A stretch of DNA of 64,000 bases from Nitrospirota bacterium (GCA_040756135.1 JBFLZS010000003.1:3412-67411); one strand, 5' to 3'. Shown: positions 28,147-38,966, numbered from the stretch's first letter. Program-made: numbers and translations. Notes: a model not told the origin generated them from the sequence alone.

Positions 28147-28435
28147 ACTTCAAGCCCACCCGATATTTGTTGCCATTAATTTTTTCTGCCCATCTTACAA
28201 CAGCGGACTTTGCTGTAATGTCATCCATCTTTACCTCATTATCAAAGTCTAAGATATGTCCTGTCTTTAAGGGATAGTTTGTTATAATCCCAAGTCCTCC
28301 TTTACTAATATCAATAGAAACAGCAGTATCTTGGATACGTTTCAATTCCTTCATATCTAAGACAGATATAGAATACCTTATGGTTCTAACAAACTGAGTT
28401 CTTGAATACTCGCGTAAATTGCCTGTAATAAACAT
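28139..28435 (-). CDS. PilZ-domain protein
   Basis: RxxxR (REYSR), DISKGG and VGLKF. Confidence 0.8.
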   Translation of the reverse strand: MFITGNLREYSRTQFVRTIRYSISVLDMKELKRIQDTAVSIDISKGGLGIITNYPLKTGHILDFDNEVKMDDITAKSAVVRWAEKINGNKYRVGLKFI

Positions 28436-28449
28436 ATTGCCTTAACACT

Positions 28450-29370
28450 CTAATTTTCGATTGTACCTTCAAAAACCTCTACAGCAGGCCCTGTCATATA
28501 GATGTGATTGTCATCTGCCCATTCTATAAAAAGGTCGCCACCCAGAAGGTGAATAGTGACATTTTTACTGGTAAGACCCTTAATGTTTGACGCTGCAGCC
28601 ACGGCTGAAGCGCCTGTACCACATGCCATGGTCTCTCCGGAGCCGCGTTCCCATACCCGCATCGTTATCTCTGCAGGATTCGCCACCTTTATAAACTCTA
28701 CATTTGTTCTTTTAGGGAATATAGGGTGACTCTCGATCATAGGGCCATAATATGTTACAGGAAAATTAGGAAGATCGTCAACTGCAATAATTGCATGTGG
28801 ATTTCCCATAGATACACATGTAATTTTAAATTCTTTGTCTTCAATCTGCAACGGGTAGTCAATAATTAATTTTGAATTTTGAGTTTTTAAACTTTGAACT
28901 TTGAACTTTGAACTTTGAACTATCCTTACCGGTATTTTCTCAGGATCAAAAATCGGTTCCCCCATGTCAACCTTCACCATCTCACCTGCTTTCTCTGGCC
29001 TGATAATGCCTGCGAGGGTATCTATTTCAAGGGTGTTTTTACGAGAAAGATTTCTGTCCCATATATATTTTGCAAGGCATCGTATTCCATTGCCACACAT
29101 CTCTACTTCACTTCCATCTGCATTAAAAATCCTCATCTTGAAGTCTGCAGATGTAGATGGGTAGAGAAGCAGAATCTGATCAGCACCGATCCCAAAACGT
29201 CTGTTACATAATCGTTTTGCTAATTCTCCAATTTCAGAAGGATACCCCCCCATCTCCCCCCCTTGACAAGGGGGGGATTGAGGGGGGGTAAATCTGCAAT
29301 CTTGATTCAGGCAGTCTATCAGGATAAAATCATTGCCGAGCCCTTGCATCTTTGTGAAATTTATCTTCAT
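28450..29370 (-). CDS. dapF: Diaminopimelate epimerase with two repeat-derived insertions
   Basis: GLGNDF, MCGNG, GNPH and ERGSGETMACGTG. Confidence 0.95.
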   Translation of the reverse strand: MKINFTKMQGLGNDFILIDCLNQDCRFTPPQSPPCQGGEMGGYPSEIGELAKRLCNRRFGIGADQILLLYPSTSADFKMRIFNADGSEVEMCGNGIRCLAKYIWDRNLSRKNTLEIDTLAGIIRPEKAGEMVKVDMGEPIFDPEKIPVRIVQSSKFKVQSLKTQNSKLIIDYPLQIEDKEFKITCVSMGNPHAIIAVDDLPNFPVTYYGPMIESHPIFPKRTNVEFIKVANPAEITMRVWERGSGETMACGTGASAVAAASNIKGLTSKNVTIHLLGGDLFIEWADDNHIYMTGPAVEVFEGTIEN

Positions 29371-30623
29371 TTCAAGAACTCAGGGATCCTCTCATTACTC
29401 ACAAGGTCGCTGTATGTCTCGCGCTCCCTTATCAAGAAGTGATCCCTGTTTCTGACTAAAACCTCTGCAGCCCTCGGCCGGCAGTTGTAGTTTGAACTCA
29501 TGGAAAATCCATATGCGCCTGCACCCATAACAGCGATATACTCTCCCCTTTTTACACTCTTAAGTTCTCTTTCCTTTGCAAGGAAATCGCTAGATTCGCA
29601 TATCGGGCCAACGACATCACATAGAACTGTATTTCTTTTTTTTCTGACAACAGGGAGCAGATTGTGATAAGCGCCGTATAGAGATGGCCTTATCAGGTCA
29701 TTCATCCCTGCATCTACAATGATAAATTCCTTCTCCTCACCTTTCTTCAGGTAGAGTGTCTTTGTAACAAGTATGCCGGCATTGCCTGCTATAGACCTAC
29801 CGGGTTCGATAATCAGGGTAAGCCTTCTGCCTTTAAGAAAAGGAATAAGATTTCTTGCAAGGTCTTTCGGGTGCGGGGGGGTCTCATCCCTGTAAGAGAT
29901 GCCAAGCCCACCTCCAACGTTGAGGTACTCTATATTCGCTCCTTGAATTGTAAGTTTATCTATGAGGAGTAATATCCTCTTCAGGGCATCAACAAAAGGA
30001 GAGATTTTGGTTATCTGTGAACCTATATGCTTGTGTATGCCGATAACATTGATATTCTTCAGTCTCGCTGCAAGTCTGTAATACTCCAATGCTTTCTCTA
30101 TTAGTAACCCGAATTTATGTGTCCTTAGTCCTGTTGCTATATAAGGATGCGTTTCAGGGTCAATGTCAGGGTTGATCCTCAATGCAATTGGGGCTTTTGT
30201 CTTTATCATCCCTGCAACTCTGTCAATCTCTCTAAGCTCATCCTCGGATTCCACATTGAACATGAGTATCTTTGACCTCAAAGCAAATCTTATCTCATCC
30301 TCAGTCTTTCCTACACCGGCATACACTATTCTTTTAGTCGGGATACCTGCCTTTAATGCCGTGTAGAGTTCTCCTCCGGAGGCAATGTCAGCGCCTCCCC
30401 CGTTTTTTGCAAATAATCTGAGGATTGCAGTATTTGAATTAGATTTGATAGCAAAGCAGATTATGTGTGGATAGTCATTAAAGGCATCGGTATATGCCCT
30501 AAGGTGTCTTAAAAGTGTATTATAGCTGTAGATGTATAACGGTGTGCCATATTTTTCAGCAAGTTTTTTGACGGGTACTTCTTCAGCATACAGTTCACCA
30601 GCCCGATATTTAAAAAAATGCAT
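29367..30623 (-). CDS. lysA: Diaminopimelate decarboxylase
   Basis: FAIKSN, HIGSQ, EPGR, GPICES and GAYG. Confidence 0.95.
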   Translation of the reverse strand: MHFFKYRAGELYAEEVPVKKLAEKYGTPLYIYSYNTLLRHLRAYTDAFNDYPHIICFAIKSNSNTAILRLFAKNGGGADIASGGELYTALKAGIPTKRIVYAGVGKTEDEIRFALRSKILMFNVESEDELREIDRVAGMIKTKAPIALRINPDIDPETHPYIATGLRTHKFGLLIEKALEYYRLAARLKNINVIGIHKHIGSQITKISPFVDALKRILLLIDKLTIQGANIEYLNVGGGLGISYRDETPPHPKDLARNLIPFLKGRRLTLIIEPGRSIAGNAGILVTKTLYLKKGEEKEFIIVDAGMNDLIRPSLYGAYHNLLPVVRKKRNTVLCDVVGPICESSDFLAKERELKSVKRGEYIAVMGAGAYGFSMSSNYNCRPRAAEVLVRNRDHFLIRERETYSDLVSNERIPEFLK

Positions 30624-30701
30624 CGATTGTCTCCGTGTTGAGTATTTTTATTTTTCTATATTTTATACATATCTTCTTTTTATCTCAAGACAAGGATATC
30701 A

Positions 30702-30841
30702 CCCAAATCTCGACTTAGAGAATGCCTAAATCTCAAAAATCCAGTATGACAGCCGTCTCGGCTGTCAGAGGGATTTTACCTTTCAGGACAGGCGAGACGC
30801 CTGTCCTACCAATGTTTGCTATTTCTAAATCGGGATTTGGG
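30702..30841. mobile_element. TIR-bounded miniature element with two hairpins
   Basis: cccaaatctcgacttagaga / tttctaaatcgggatttggg ends; internal tgacagccgtctcggctgtca and ggacaggcgagacgcctgtcc. Confidence 0.7.
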
Positions 30842-31061
30842 CTCATATTGTATTTGGATTTAATCGCACAAAATATGTTAAATTTTCTGTATTAGCTATT
30901 TTAATTTTTATAGAATCCTTTTCAACTTATAGTCATTCCTCCGCCTTGGGTGGATTGGGAATCTTTTTTAAAAGAAGGATTCTGGACAGGCTCGGAACGA
31001 GTCACGCCAACCAGAATGAGAAACTATAAGAACTAAAATAGCACTCATATCGGAGGAGAAA

Positions 31062-33011
31062 TTGGGGAAGAACATTGTAGAAAAGATATTTGAAGCACAT
31101 AGGGTTTATGGCGATCTAAAGATAGACACGCCTGTCGGGTTAAGGGTTGACCATGTATATACACAAGATGCAACAGGCACAATGACCTGGCTACAATTTG
31201 AAGCAATAGGAATTGACAAAGTAAAGGTACCACTTGTTGTTTCTTATGTAGATCACAATATGATTCAGTCGAATTATATGAACTCTGATGACCACCTCTT
31301 TCTCCAGAGTGTTGCAGCAAGATATGGGGCATACTTTTCAAGGCCCGGGAATGGCATAAGTCATCAGGTACATCTTGAACGCTTTGCTACCCCTGGTAAA
31401 ATTGCCCTTGGCACGGATAGCCACACACCAACATGCGGAGGTACAGGCATGATAGCCATAGGAGTTGGGGGACTCGATGCTGCAACTGTCATGGCAGGTA
31501 CCCCTTTTGAACTCAATATGCCAGAGGTTATGCTTGTAAAGCTAACAGGCAAACTGAGCAGGCCGTGGGTCACAGCAATGGACGTGATACTCGAAATATT
31601 AAGGAGGCTTACTGTTAAGGGAGGAGCTAAAAAAATTCTTGAGTATGGTGGTACCGGGGTAAAGGACTTAAATGTTACTGAAAGGGCTACTGTTACAAAT
31701 ATGGGTGCAGAACTTGGGGCAACGACTTCTATCTTCCCAAGTGATAAAAGAACAAGGTATTTTCTTAGGGCACAAGGAAGAGAATCAGATTGGATCGAGC
31801 TTGATGCTGATGAAGATGCAAAATACGTTGATATCGTCGAGATAGATTTGAATTCGATCGAGCCTATGATAGCTCAGCCTCACAGCCCCGATAACGTTAT
31901 ACCGATAAGAGAGATCACTGGGACAAAAGTGGACCAAGTCTGCATCGGAAGCTGTACTAATTCGTCATATCAGTCCTTGAAGACTGTTGCTTCTATCCTG
32001 AAAGGCAAGCCGGTAGCAGAAAACGTAAATCTCCTGATTAACGCCGGTTCAAGGCAGGTCTATGAAATGCTTTCACGAAAGAGACTTATTGCAGATATGA
32101 TTGCATCTGGTGCAAGGATGCTCGAATGTTCATGTGGCCCATGTATAGGCATGGGAGGTTCACCCGGTACAGAACAAATATCTGTCAGGTCATACAATAG
32201 AAATTTCAAAGGCAGAAGCGGCAACAAGGATGCATTTGTGTACCTTGCAAGCGCTGTTTCATGTGCGGTATTTGCTGTTAAAGGAGAAATAGTTGACCCG
32301 CGTGATTCCGGTCTTTTTATACCGATATCGCGTGAACCGTCAAAATACATTATCAATGACAATATGTTTATAAACCCCAGAGAAGATACAAAGGATTTAA
32401 AAGTCTTAAAGGGGCCTAATATTAAAGAAGTTCCTGTTAAAGAACCTCTTGGGGAAAAGATCGAGGCAGATGTCTTGCTGAAACTTGGTGACAACATAAC
32501 TACTGACGACATAATGCCGGCTGGTTCTGCTATCCTTCCATTGCGTTCAAATATACCTGCGATATCGGAATTTGTGTTCTTCAATCTTGACAACACATTT
32601 AGTAAAAGAGCAAAGGAGGCAAAGTTAAAGGATGGTGGGATTGTTGTTGGAGGCGAGAATTATGGCCAGGGTTCCTCAAGGGAACATGCTGCAATTGCAC
32701 CGATGTACCTTGGTATCCATGTGGTGATTGCAAGATCTTTTGCACGAATCCACAGGTCAAACCTTATAAACTTCGGGATTCTTCCTCTTCATTTCAACAA
32801 TACAAGTGATTACGAAAGAGTAGAAAAAGGTGATAGGCTACTTATACCTGACGCAAAAAATTCATTAAAAGGGAACCAGTCTTATACTGTATATAATCTG
32901 ACAAAAAATTATTCATTCGGGGTATCTTCACACCTCAATGATAGGGAAAAGGAAATCTTATTGGCAGGTGGTCTGCTTCCTTACACAAAGAAACACCTTA
33001 AGGATATTTGA
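31062..33011 (+). CDS. Aconitate hydratase (short type)
   Basis: QDATG, DSHT, IGSCTN, CGPCIG, NRNF and GSSREHA. Confidence 0.9.
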   Translation: MGKNIVEKIFEAHRVYGDLKIDTPVGLRVDHVYTQDATGTMTWLQFEAIGIDKVKVPLVVSYVDHNMIQSNYMNSDDHLFLQSVAARYGAYFSRPGNGISHQVHLERFATPGKIALGTDSHTPTCGGTGMIAIGVGGLDAATVMAGTPFELNMPEVMLVKLTGKLSRPWVTAMDVILEILRRLTVKGGAKKILEYGGTGVKDLNVTERATVTNMGAELGATTSIFPSDKRTRYFLRAQGRESDWIELDADEDAKYVDIVEIDLNSIEPMIAQPHSPDNVIPIREITGTKVDQVCIGSCTNSSYQSLKTVASILKGKPVAENVNLLINAGSRQVYEMLSRKRLIADMIASGARMLECSCGPCIGMGGSPGTEQISVRSYNRNFKGRSGNKDAFVYLASAVSCAVFAVKGEIVDPRDSGLFIPISREPSKYIINDNMFINPREDTKDLKVLKGPNIKEVPVKEPLGEKIEADVLLKLGDNITTDDIMPAGSAILPLRSNIPAISEFVFFNLDNTFSKRAKEAKLKDGGIVVGGENYGQGSSREHAAIAPMYLGIHVVIARSFARIHRSNLINFGILPLHFNNTSDYERVEKGDRLLIPDAKNSLKGNQSYTVYNLTKNYSFGVSSHLNDREKEILLAGGLLPYTKKHLKDI

Positions 33012-33049
33012 CAAGAAATCTCTTTAATAGGTAAAGTAAAAATACCTTC

Positions 33050-33125
33050 GGGCCGCTAGCTCAGTAGGTAGAGCAACGCCCTTTTAAGGCGTGGGTCGTT
33101 GGTTCGAATCCAACGCGGCTCACCA
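33050..33125 (+). tRNA. tRNA-Lys(TTT)
   Basis: Cloverleaf; anticodon arm acgcc-ctTTTaa-ggcgt; GGTTCGAATCC; CCA end. Confidence 0.97.
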
Positions 33126-33130
33126 GAAAC

Positions 33131-33208
33131 GTCCCCATCGTCTAGCTCGGCCTAGGACATCGCCCTTTCAAGGCGGTAACACGGGTTCAAATCCCGTTGG
33201 GGACGCCA
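33131..33208 (+). tRNA. tRNA-Glu(TTC)
   Basis: Cloverleaf; anticodon loop ctTTCaa; GGTTCAAATCC; CCA end. Confidence 0.97.
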
Positions 33209-33345
33209 TTTAAATCAAGGGGTTCAGCAATGCAACCTTTTTCTTTTTCTTCACTGTGATAAAATTGTGATAGAATTGAGGCTGTCCCTGCATTGTCTAT
33301 CGCTGCAAATGCTTCTTTCAAGTCATCTGGCAATAGGTGCGACAA
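33187..33345 (-). pseudogene. Possible C-terminal remnant of a tyrosine integrase reading into tRNA-Glu
   Basis: SHLLPDDLKEAFAAID...SILSQ resembles the Y-x-HL-x-P tail of tRNA-targeting integrases. Confidence 0.4.
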
Positions 33346-34321
33346 GATCATCTCTCGGAGTCTCGTAACGGATACGGTTATTTCCATGATCAGCCACATA
33401 AGTCTCTCCGCTTGCCTTATCAATTACTATATGATATGGATACATAAAGGCTGCATCGGATCCCGGTCCATCTTTGTAACCCCACGAACCACCGGCCCAT
33501 GTGGTAATATCCTCTGTAACTGCATCAATCCTGCTAATCTTATGGCCATAATACTCAGAGACATAGATGTTTCCTGCTGCATCGATATCGATTCCGGACG
33601 GATATGAGAATGGGCCAGAACAAGTGCAACAACCAACAGAAGCAGATACTTTTTTACCACCCTTTTTACCTACAGTAGTAACATTACCTTTAAGGTCTAT
33701 TTTTCGCACGCTACAGGTTCCCCAGTCTGCAACTAAGATATTACCTTCGCTATCTACTACCACAGCAGATGGGGAATAAAAGAGTGCCTCTGTTGGTGGT
33801 GAAATGCTCTCGGGAACCGGTGTACTTACAGAACACGGTTCTTTGTCATTCTGACATTCTTTCGGTGCCGTAAGCGCTTTTCTGCACTGCCCAGCAATGG
33901 TTGTTACCAAGCCAGCAGGAGTAATTTTTCTGATAACATGATTAGCCTGGTCCGCAATGTAATAATTGCCAGCGTTGTCTCTGGCAACATCTACAGGTGT
34001 TCTGAACGTAGCTGTAGTTAATACATTGCCGTCATCACAACCGGCAGTCCCTGTGCCTGCAAAGGGTGTGACATTATTTGGGCCATGTACAATCTGCCTT
34101 ATTTTATTACAGTTTGAATCAGCAACATAAATATTCTGCCATGGGTCAGTAACCAACCCGACTGGTGAACTTAATGTTGCCGCCAATCCAGGACCGTCAG
34201 CACATCCGGACGTACCTGTCCCCGCAATTGTCTTGACTGTTGTGCAACTGGCCAATAGAATTAATGAACATATTCCCAAAATGACTATAAACGAGTTTAA
34301 AATTCCGTTTACTTTACTCAT
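33323..34321 (-). CDS. NHL-repeat (beta-propeller) lipoprotein, Cys-rich
   Basis: Lipobox LLASC; repeated P.G...D..GN.YVAD..N..IRKI units. Confidence 0.85.
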   Translation of the reverse strand: MSKVNGILNSFIVILGICSLILLASCTTVKTIAGTGTSGCADGPGLAATLSSPVGLVTDPWQNIYVADSNCNKIRQIVHGPNNVTPFAGTGTAGCDDGNVLTTATFRTPVDVARDNAGNYYIADQANHVIRKITPAGLVTTIAGQCRKALTAPKECQNDKEPCSVSTPVPESISPPTEALFYSPSAVVVDSEGNILVADWGTCSVRKIDLKGNVTTVGKKGGKKVSASVGCCTCSGPFSYPSGIDIDAAGNIYVSEYYGHKISRIDAVTEDITTWAGGSWGYKDGPGSDAAFMYPYHIVIDKASGETYVADHGNNRIRYETPRDDLVAPIAR

Positions 34322-34682
34322 AATCAACACCCCCTCTTGATTTAGTCTTTAGATGGTTTAACATTGCCTTGCCTTCAACGCTATTTCATATAGACATTCA
34401 ACCACCTCCTTTTAAGTCAATTAAATCCTCTTTCAGTCATTCTTATTCCTCCTTAAGACTAAGGTTCTGCATTCCCTCTTGCTGTATGTTCTACACATCA
34501 CCTCCTTTTTGTACGCCAGCAAAATGTCACTAACTTCTCGAATCTACACCTTAAACACCCCTGTATCCACCCACTCCTTCTTCAATATTGACCAGAAGTC
34601 TTCGACGAGGCCTTTCAGGACATATTCATAAGGAAGCCAGCTACCTTTATTTCAAAGCCTTATTTATTCTCCCGTAGTAAAT

Positions 34683-34726
34683 AAAAAAGCCGAGCTTACC
34701 ATTGGTTCATCCTTCGGCAGCTCGGC
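34683..34726 (-). terminator. Terminator overlapping the 3' side of the riboswitch aptamer
   Basis: gccgagct...agctcggc followed by TTTTTT on the minus strand. Confidence 0.75.
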
Positions 34727-34795
34727 CATGCTTCGACTTGCTCAGCACCCGCCGCTTTCCGTCCCCCTCTTACGAAAGGTTTAGCTTTATCGGGA
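34710..34795 (-). ncRNA. c-di-GMP-I (GEMM) riboswitch
   Basis: Minus strand GCTAAACCtttcGTAAgagGGGGACGGAAAGC...CCGAGCTGCCGAA. Confidence 0.85.
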
Positions 34796-34802
34796 GTTCC
34801 TC

Positions 34803-34980
34803 TAATTAGAGTCTGTGTATAAACTGCTGTTCAGATAATCCGTCATTCCCCGACTTGATCGGGGAATCCACCCTTCGGCAGGCTCAGGGTGACAATTGTC
34901 ATGGTGAGCTTGTCGAACCATGGATTATCCGGTCAAGCCGGATAATGACAAAATACGACTTTATACACAGATACTAATTA
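34803..34980. mobile_element. MITE-like shell (taattagagtctgtgtataaa TIR) carrying REP hairpins
   Basis: TIRs taattagagtctgtgtataaa and tttatacacagatactaatta; the last 60 bp are the reverse complement of the element starting near 62124. Confidence 0.85.
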
Positions 34981-35106
34981 ATAATGAGGTAGAAAGTGTT
35001 ATCCACTTTAAGTATCTCAAGATTGACATAAAAAGTCTATGCATTTCTTGCTTTTTATTAAGCATTTATTGCAGATAAAAAATTAACAAGTGAAATCATT
35101 GGTTTT

Positions 35107-35262
35107 ATGTAACCTTTCAGTTATGAGTGCATGAATAGTTGCATATTGTTGTTCCCCTCTTTGGCAAAGAGGGGTTAGGGGAGATTTTTTAATGATATTA
35201 TAAAATCCCCCTCATTCCCCCTTTTCCAAAGGGGGATTTGTTAACCCGTAACTGAAGGGATA
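35107..35262. mobile_element. 156-bp miniature element, copy 1
   Basis: Near-identical inverted copy at 39116-39271. Confidence 0.9.
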
Positions 35263-35292
35263 TGGTTTTATTTTATATGTTGACGGATCTCG

Positions 35293-36303
35293 TCATAACG
35301 AATTACTAACCCTCTTTACATCTTCAAGTTTCCTTAATGCCCTTCCAGAATCTATCGCATCTTCTGCCATGGTAAGGGCGGGCTTGAAATCCTCTGTCTT
35401 CCCTGCGACTATAAGGGCAGCGGCTGAATTCATGAGGACTATATCTCGTCTCGGTCCTTTTTCACCATTAAGGATGGATAGGGTGATGGCTATGTTGTCT
35501 TCCTTGTTGCCACCACGTATATATTCAATCTTGTTTCTCCTGATGCCAAAATCCTCCGGTCCGATATAGAAGTTTTCGACTTTCCCATCTTTAAATCTTG
35601 AGACCTTTGTGCCATCAGAAATACTTATCTCATCAAGCCCATCCTCACCGTGGACAACCATTGCATCAATAGCGCCTAAGTTTCCAAGAACCATCGCAAG
35701 TGTCTCTGTAAGTTTATCGGCAAACACACCCAGTATCTGTCTCTTTGCACCAGCAGGGTTTGTTATAGGGCCGAGTATATTGAATATAGTCCTTATGCCC
35801 ATTTCCCGTCTGGGGCCGATTGCATATTTCATTGCCGGGTGAAATAAGGGGGCAAAGAGAAAGCCAAAGCCTGTCTCGAAAAGACATTTTTCTACCTTCT
35901 CAGGCAGCAGGTCTATTTTTACTCCGAGGGCCTCAAGCACGTCAGCACTCCCGCACTGGCTTGAGACAGAACGATTTCCATGTTTAGCAACAGGGATTCC
36001 AGCCCCTGCAACCACAAAGGCTGTCGTTGTCGAGATATTAAATGTATGCGACATATCGCCGCCAGTTCCACATGTGTCGAGAACACCATCAGGCGCCTTG
36101 ATGGTCGTTGCCTTCTCCCTCATGATCCTCGCAGCCCCTGTTATCTCATCAACAGTCTCGCCTTTGATCCTTAAGGCAGTAAGAAAAGCTCCAATCTGTG
36201 CCTCGGTAGCCTTCCCTTCCATTATCTCCTTCATACACTCAGCCATCTCGGCCTCTGAAAGGCTTATATTGTTGACAAGCATGTTTATTGCTTCCTTGAT
36301 CAT
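35293..36303 (-). CDS. trpD: Anthranilate phosphoribosyltransferase
   Basis: DTCGTGGD, NIST and KHGNRSVSS. Confidence 0.97.
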   Translation of the reverse strand: MIKEAINMLVNNISLSEAEMAECMKEIMEGKATEAQIGAFLTALRIKGETVDEITGAARIMREKATTIKAPDGVLDTCGTGGDMSHTFNISTTTAFVVAGAGIPVAKHGNRSVSSQCGSADVLEALGVKIDLLPEKVEKCLFETGFGFLFAPLFHPAMKYAIGPRREMGIRTIFNILGPITNPAGAKRQILGVFADKLTETLAMVLGNLGAIDAMVVHGEDGLDEISISDGTKVSRFKDGKVENFYIGPEDFGIRRNKIEYIRGGNKEDNIAITLSILNGEKGPRRDIVLMNSAAALIVAGKTEDFKPALTMAEDAIDSGRALRKLEDVKRVSNSL

Positions 36304-36420
36304 AAAGTCTCTCCAAATACTAAACGAGGCAGGATGCCTCGACTATTTTTGGTGTCGTATATTAACCGTAGTTTAATAAAAATTTTACAGTAATAAAATT
36401 CTCCAATTAAATAAAATAGG

Positions 36421-37008
36421 TCAGGCGTCCCGCCTGACATTAATTTTTAGTCTTATAAAGTTTCTTAGCAAATCCTTCCCCACCTTTGTAAGTATTGACT
36501 CGGGATGGAATTGAACACCCTCAACGATAAACTCTTTATGTCTAACGCCCATTATCTCACCTATATCTGTCCATGCAGTTATTTCAAGGCAGTCAGGCAT
36601 AGTTTCTTTTTCGATCACAAGGGAGTGATACCTTGTTGCCTCAAATGGATTTGGAAGTCCTTCAAATATTGTCTTCCCATCGTGATATATCATTGATATC
36701 TTCCCGTGCATAAGCCGCGGGGCACTTATTATCTCTCCTCCAAATGCAGCACCTATGGATTGATGACCAAGGCATACACCGAGAATCGGAATCTTTCCGG
36801 AAAAATGTTTTATCAGTTCTACAGAAATACCAGCCTCTTTAGGCGTACACGGGCCTGGTGAGATTACAATCCTTTCAGGCTTCAATCTTTCTATCTCATG
36901 AATTGTAATCTTATCATTCCTGAAGACCTTTATATCCTCACCAAGCTCTCCAAGGTACTGGACAAGGTTATATGTAAATGAATCGTAATTATCAATCATT
37001 AATAACAT
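36421..37008 (-). CDS. trpG: Anthranilate synthase component II
   Basis: [20 protein letters not shown] and QFHPES. Confidence 0.95.
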   Translation of the reverse strand: MLLMIDNYDSFTYNLVQYLGELGEDIKVFRNDKITIHEIERLKPERIVISPGPCTPKEAGISVELIKHFSGKIPILGVCLGHQSIGAAFGGEIISAPRLMHGKISMIYHDGKTIFEGLPNPFEATRYHSLVIEKETMPDCLEITAWTDIGEIMGVRHKEFIVEGVQFHPESILTKVGKDLLRNFIRLKINVRRDA

Positions 37009-37057
37009 GAATTCTTACCTTATTTAATAAACAAATAACAAATAGATTTAATTCAAT

Positions 37058-37103
37058 AAATCCCCCTTAATCCCCCTTTACTAAAGGGGGACTGAGGGGG
37101 ATT
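37058..37103. repeat. Family A C-run/G-run palindrome abutting the trpE stop
   Basis: aaatcccccttaatccccctttactaaagggggactgagggggatt. Confidence 0.85.
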
Positions 37104-38607
37104 AACTTAACTCCTTTTCTGCCATATCAACTGCCCTCATCATACCCATTGCCTTGTTTACTGTCTCCATATACTCTCTGTCTGGAACCGAGTCGGCAAC
37201 TATCCCAGCACCTGCCTGAACGTACACCCTGTCTCCCTTTATGATAAGGGTTCTAATAGTAATACAGGTGTCCATGTTCCCCGAATAACTGAGGTATCCG
37301 ACAGCACCTGCATACGGCCCTCTCCTCATTGGCTCAAGCTCCTCTATTATCTCCATTGCCCTGACCTTCGGCGCCCCTGTCACCGTGCCAGCAGGAAAAC
37401 ATGCCCTTAATACATCAAAGGCATCGAGTCCATTCTTCAAATCACCCTCGACATTCGAGACAAGATGCATAACATGACTATACCTTTCAACAGTCATCAA
37501 CTCTGTTACCTTTACAGTACCTGTTTCTGCGACCCTTCCCACATCGTTTCTTCCAAGGTCAACGAGCATTATATGTTCTGCTATCTCCTTAGGATCTTTC
37601 CTGAGTTCTTCCTCAAAAAACTTATCCTCTTCTTCTGTCTCTCCTCTTTTTCGGGTGCCTGCAATAGGTCTCAGGATTATCTTTCTACCTTCGAGCCTGA
37701 CTAATATCTCGGGTGAAGAGCCAACAAGCTGTGCATCACCTGTATCAATATAATACATATAGGGAGAGGGATTGATAACACGCAGTGCCCTGTATATATT
37801 AAATGGCTTTATATCAGACTCGCGCTCAAACCTCTGCGATAGCACGACCTGAATCACATCTCCTGACGTTATGTAATCCTTCCCACGACGCACTGCATTC
37901 TCAAATGCCTCTTTTGTAAAAGATGATGTATAACCATAGAGTTCAGAGTTTTTTTCTTTGACTTTTAACCTTTGACTTTTAACCTTTGACCTTTGACCTT
38001 TGACCTTTGACTTTCCTAATTTTTCTATAATATTTTCTATTTTCTCCTCCGCCTCTCGGTATACCTCTTCAGGAGATTTGTTATTAATATGGGCATTCGA
38101 GACAACCTTTATTTTCCCTTTAAGGTTATCAAATATAACAACCGTATCTGTAACCATAAAAAAAATATCAGGAAGTTCAAACCCTATCCGTTTCTCATCG
38201 GGAATGTTTTCAAAAAATCTGACCATATCGTAACCTATATAGCCAACAAGACCACCGTAAAACCTCGGCAAACCAGCAACGTCAACCGTACTGTATGCCT
38301 TAATCTCTTTTTTTATAATCTCAAAAGGATTCTCGGTTTCAAATATTTGAGTGCCTGTTTCGTTGTCTTTTATCTCTACCTTCTTACCCCAGCATTTTAT
38401 TATTCTCGATGGTCTCGAACCGAGGAAAGAATATCTTGCCCATTTTTCGCCTCCGATCATACTTTCGAGCAAGAATGAAGGTGAACCTCCAAGCTTCAGG
38501 GTTGCTGACACAGGTGTTTCTGTATCAGCAAGTATTTCCCTATAAACAGGGATGAGGTTTCCCTTCGATGAAAGAGATTTGAACTCTTCTAAGTCAGGAT
38601 ATAGCAT
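37102..38607 (-). CDS. trpE: Anthranilate synthase component I with a 7-mer repeat insertion
   Basis: [27 protein letters not shown] and GAPKVRAM. Confidence 0.96.
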   Translation of the reverse strand: MLYPDLEEFKSLSSKGNLIPVYREILADTETPVSATLKLGGSPSFLLESMIGGEKWARYSFLGSRPSRIIKCWGKKVEIKDNETGTQIFETENPFEIIKKEIKAYSTVDVAGLPRFYGGLVGYIGYDMVRFFENIPDEKRIGFELPDIFFMVTDTVVIFDNLKGKIKVVSNAHINNKSPEEVYREAEEKIENIIEKLGKSKVKGQRSKVKSQRLKVKEKNSELYGYTSSFTKEAFENAVRRGKDYITSGDVIQVVLSQRFERESDIKPFNIYRALRVINPSPYMYYIDTGDAQLVGSSPEILVRLEGRKIILRPIAGTRKRGETEEEDKFFEEELRKDPKEIAEHIMLVDLGRNDVGRVAETGTVKVTELMTVERYSHVMHLVSNVEGDLKNGLDAFDVLRACFPAGTVTGAPKVRAMEIIEELEPMRRGPYAGAVGYLSYSGNMDTCITIRTLIIKGDRVYVQAGAGIVADSVPDREYMETVNKAMGMMRAVDMAEKELS

Positions 38608-38785
38608 ATTGACAAAATCTACCCTTTTTATTAGTATTTTGAAATAGTTCTTTTTATTTCGTTAACTAACTATTATACCCAAATCCAGCGATAAAAGACG
38701 AGATTGCTTCATAACGGTTCGCAATCCCCAAAAGGTATGCAATTTACCGCGGGATTTAGGTATAATAATTAAGCGCTTTTTAATT

Positions 38786-38861
<76 letters not shown>

Positions 38862-38966
38862 TAAAAAACAGCGAATAGCATTTAGCATAGAGTTCGTAGC
38901 TAAGAGTTATAAGCCAAATTCTTTTTAATTACTCTGAACTCGTTGCTCATAGCTCATTGCTAAAAT

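Noticed and set aside
38608..38785. trp attenuator or T-box upstream of trpE
   Set aside because: No Trp-codon leader peptide or T-box motif seen; the region holds divergent promoter-like sequence and a degenerate REP
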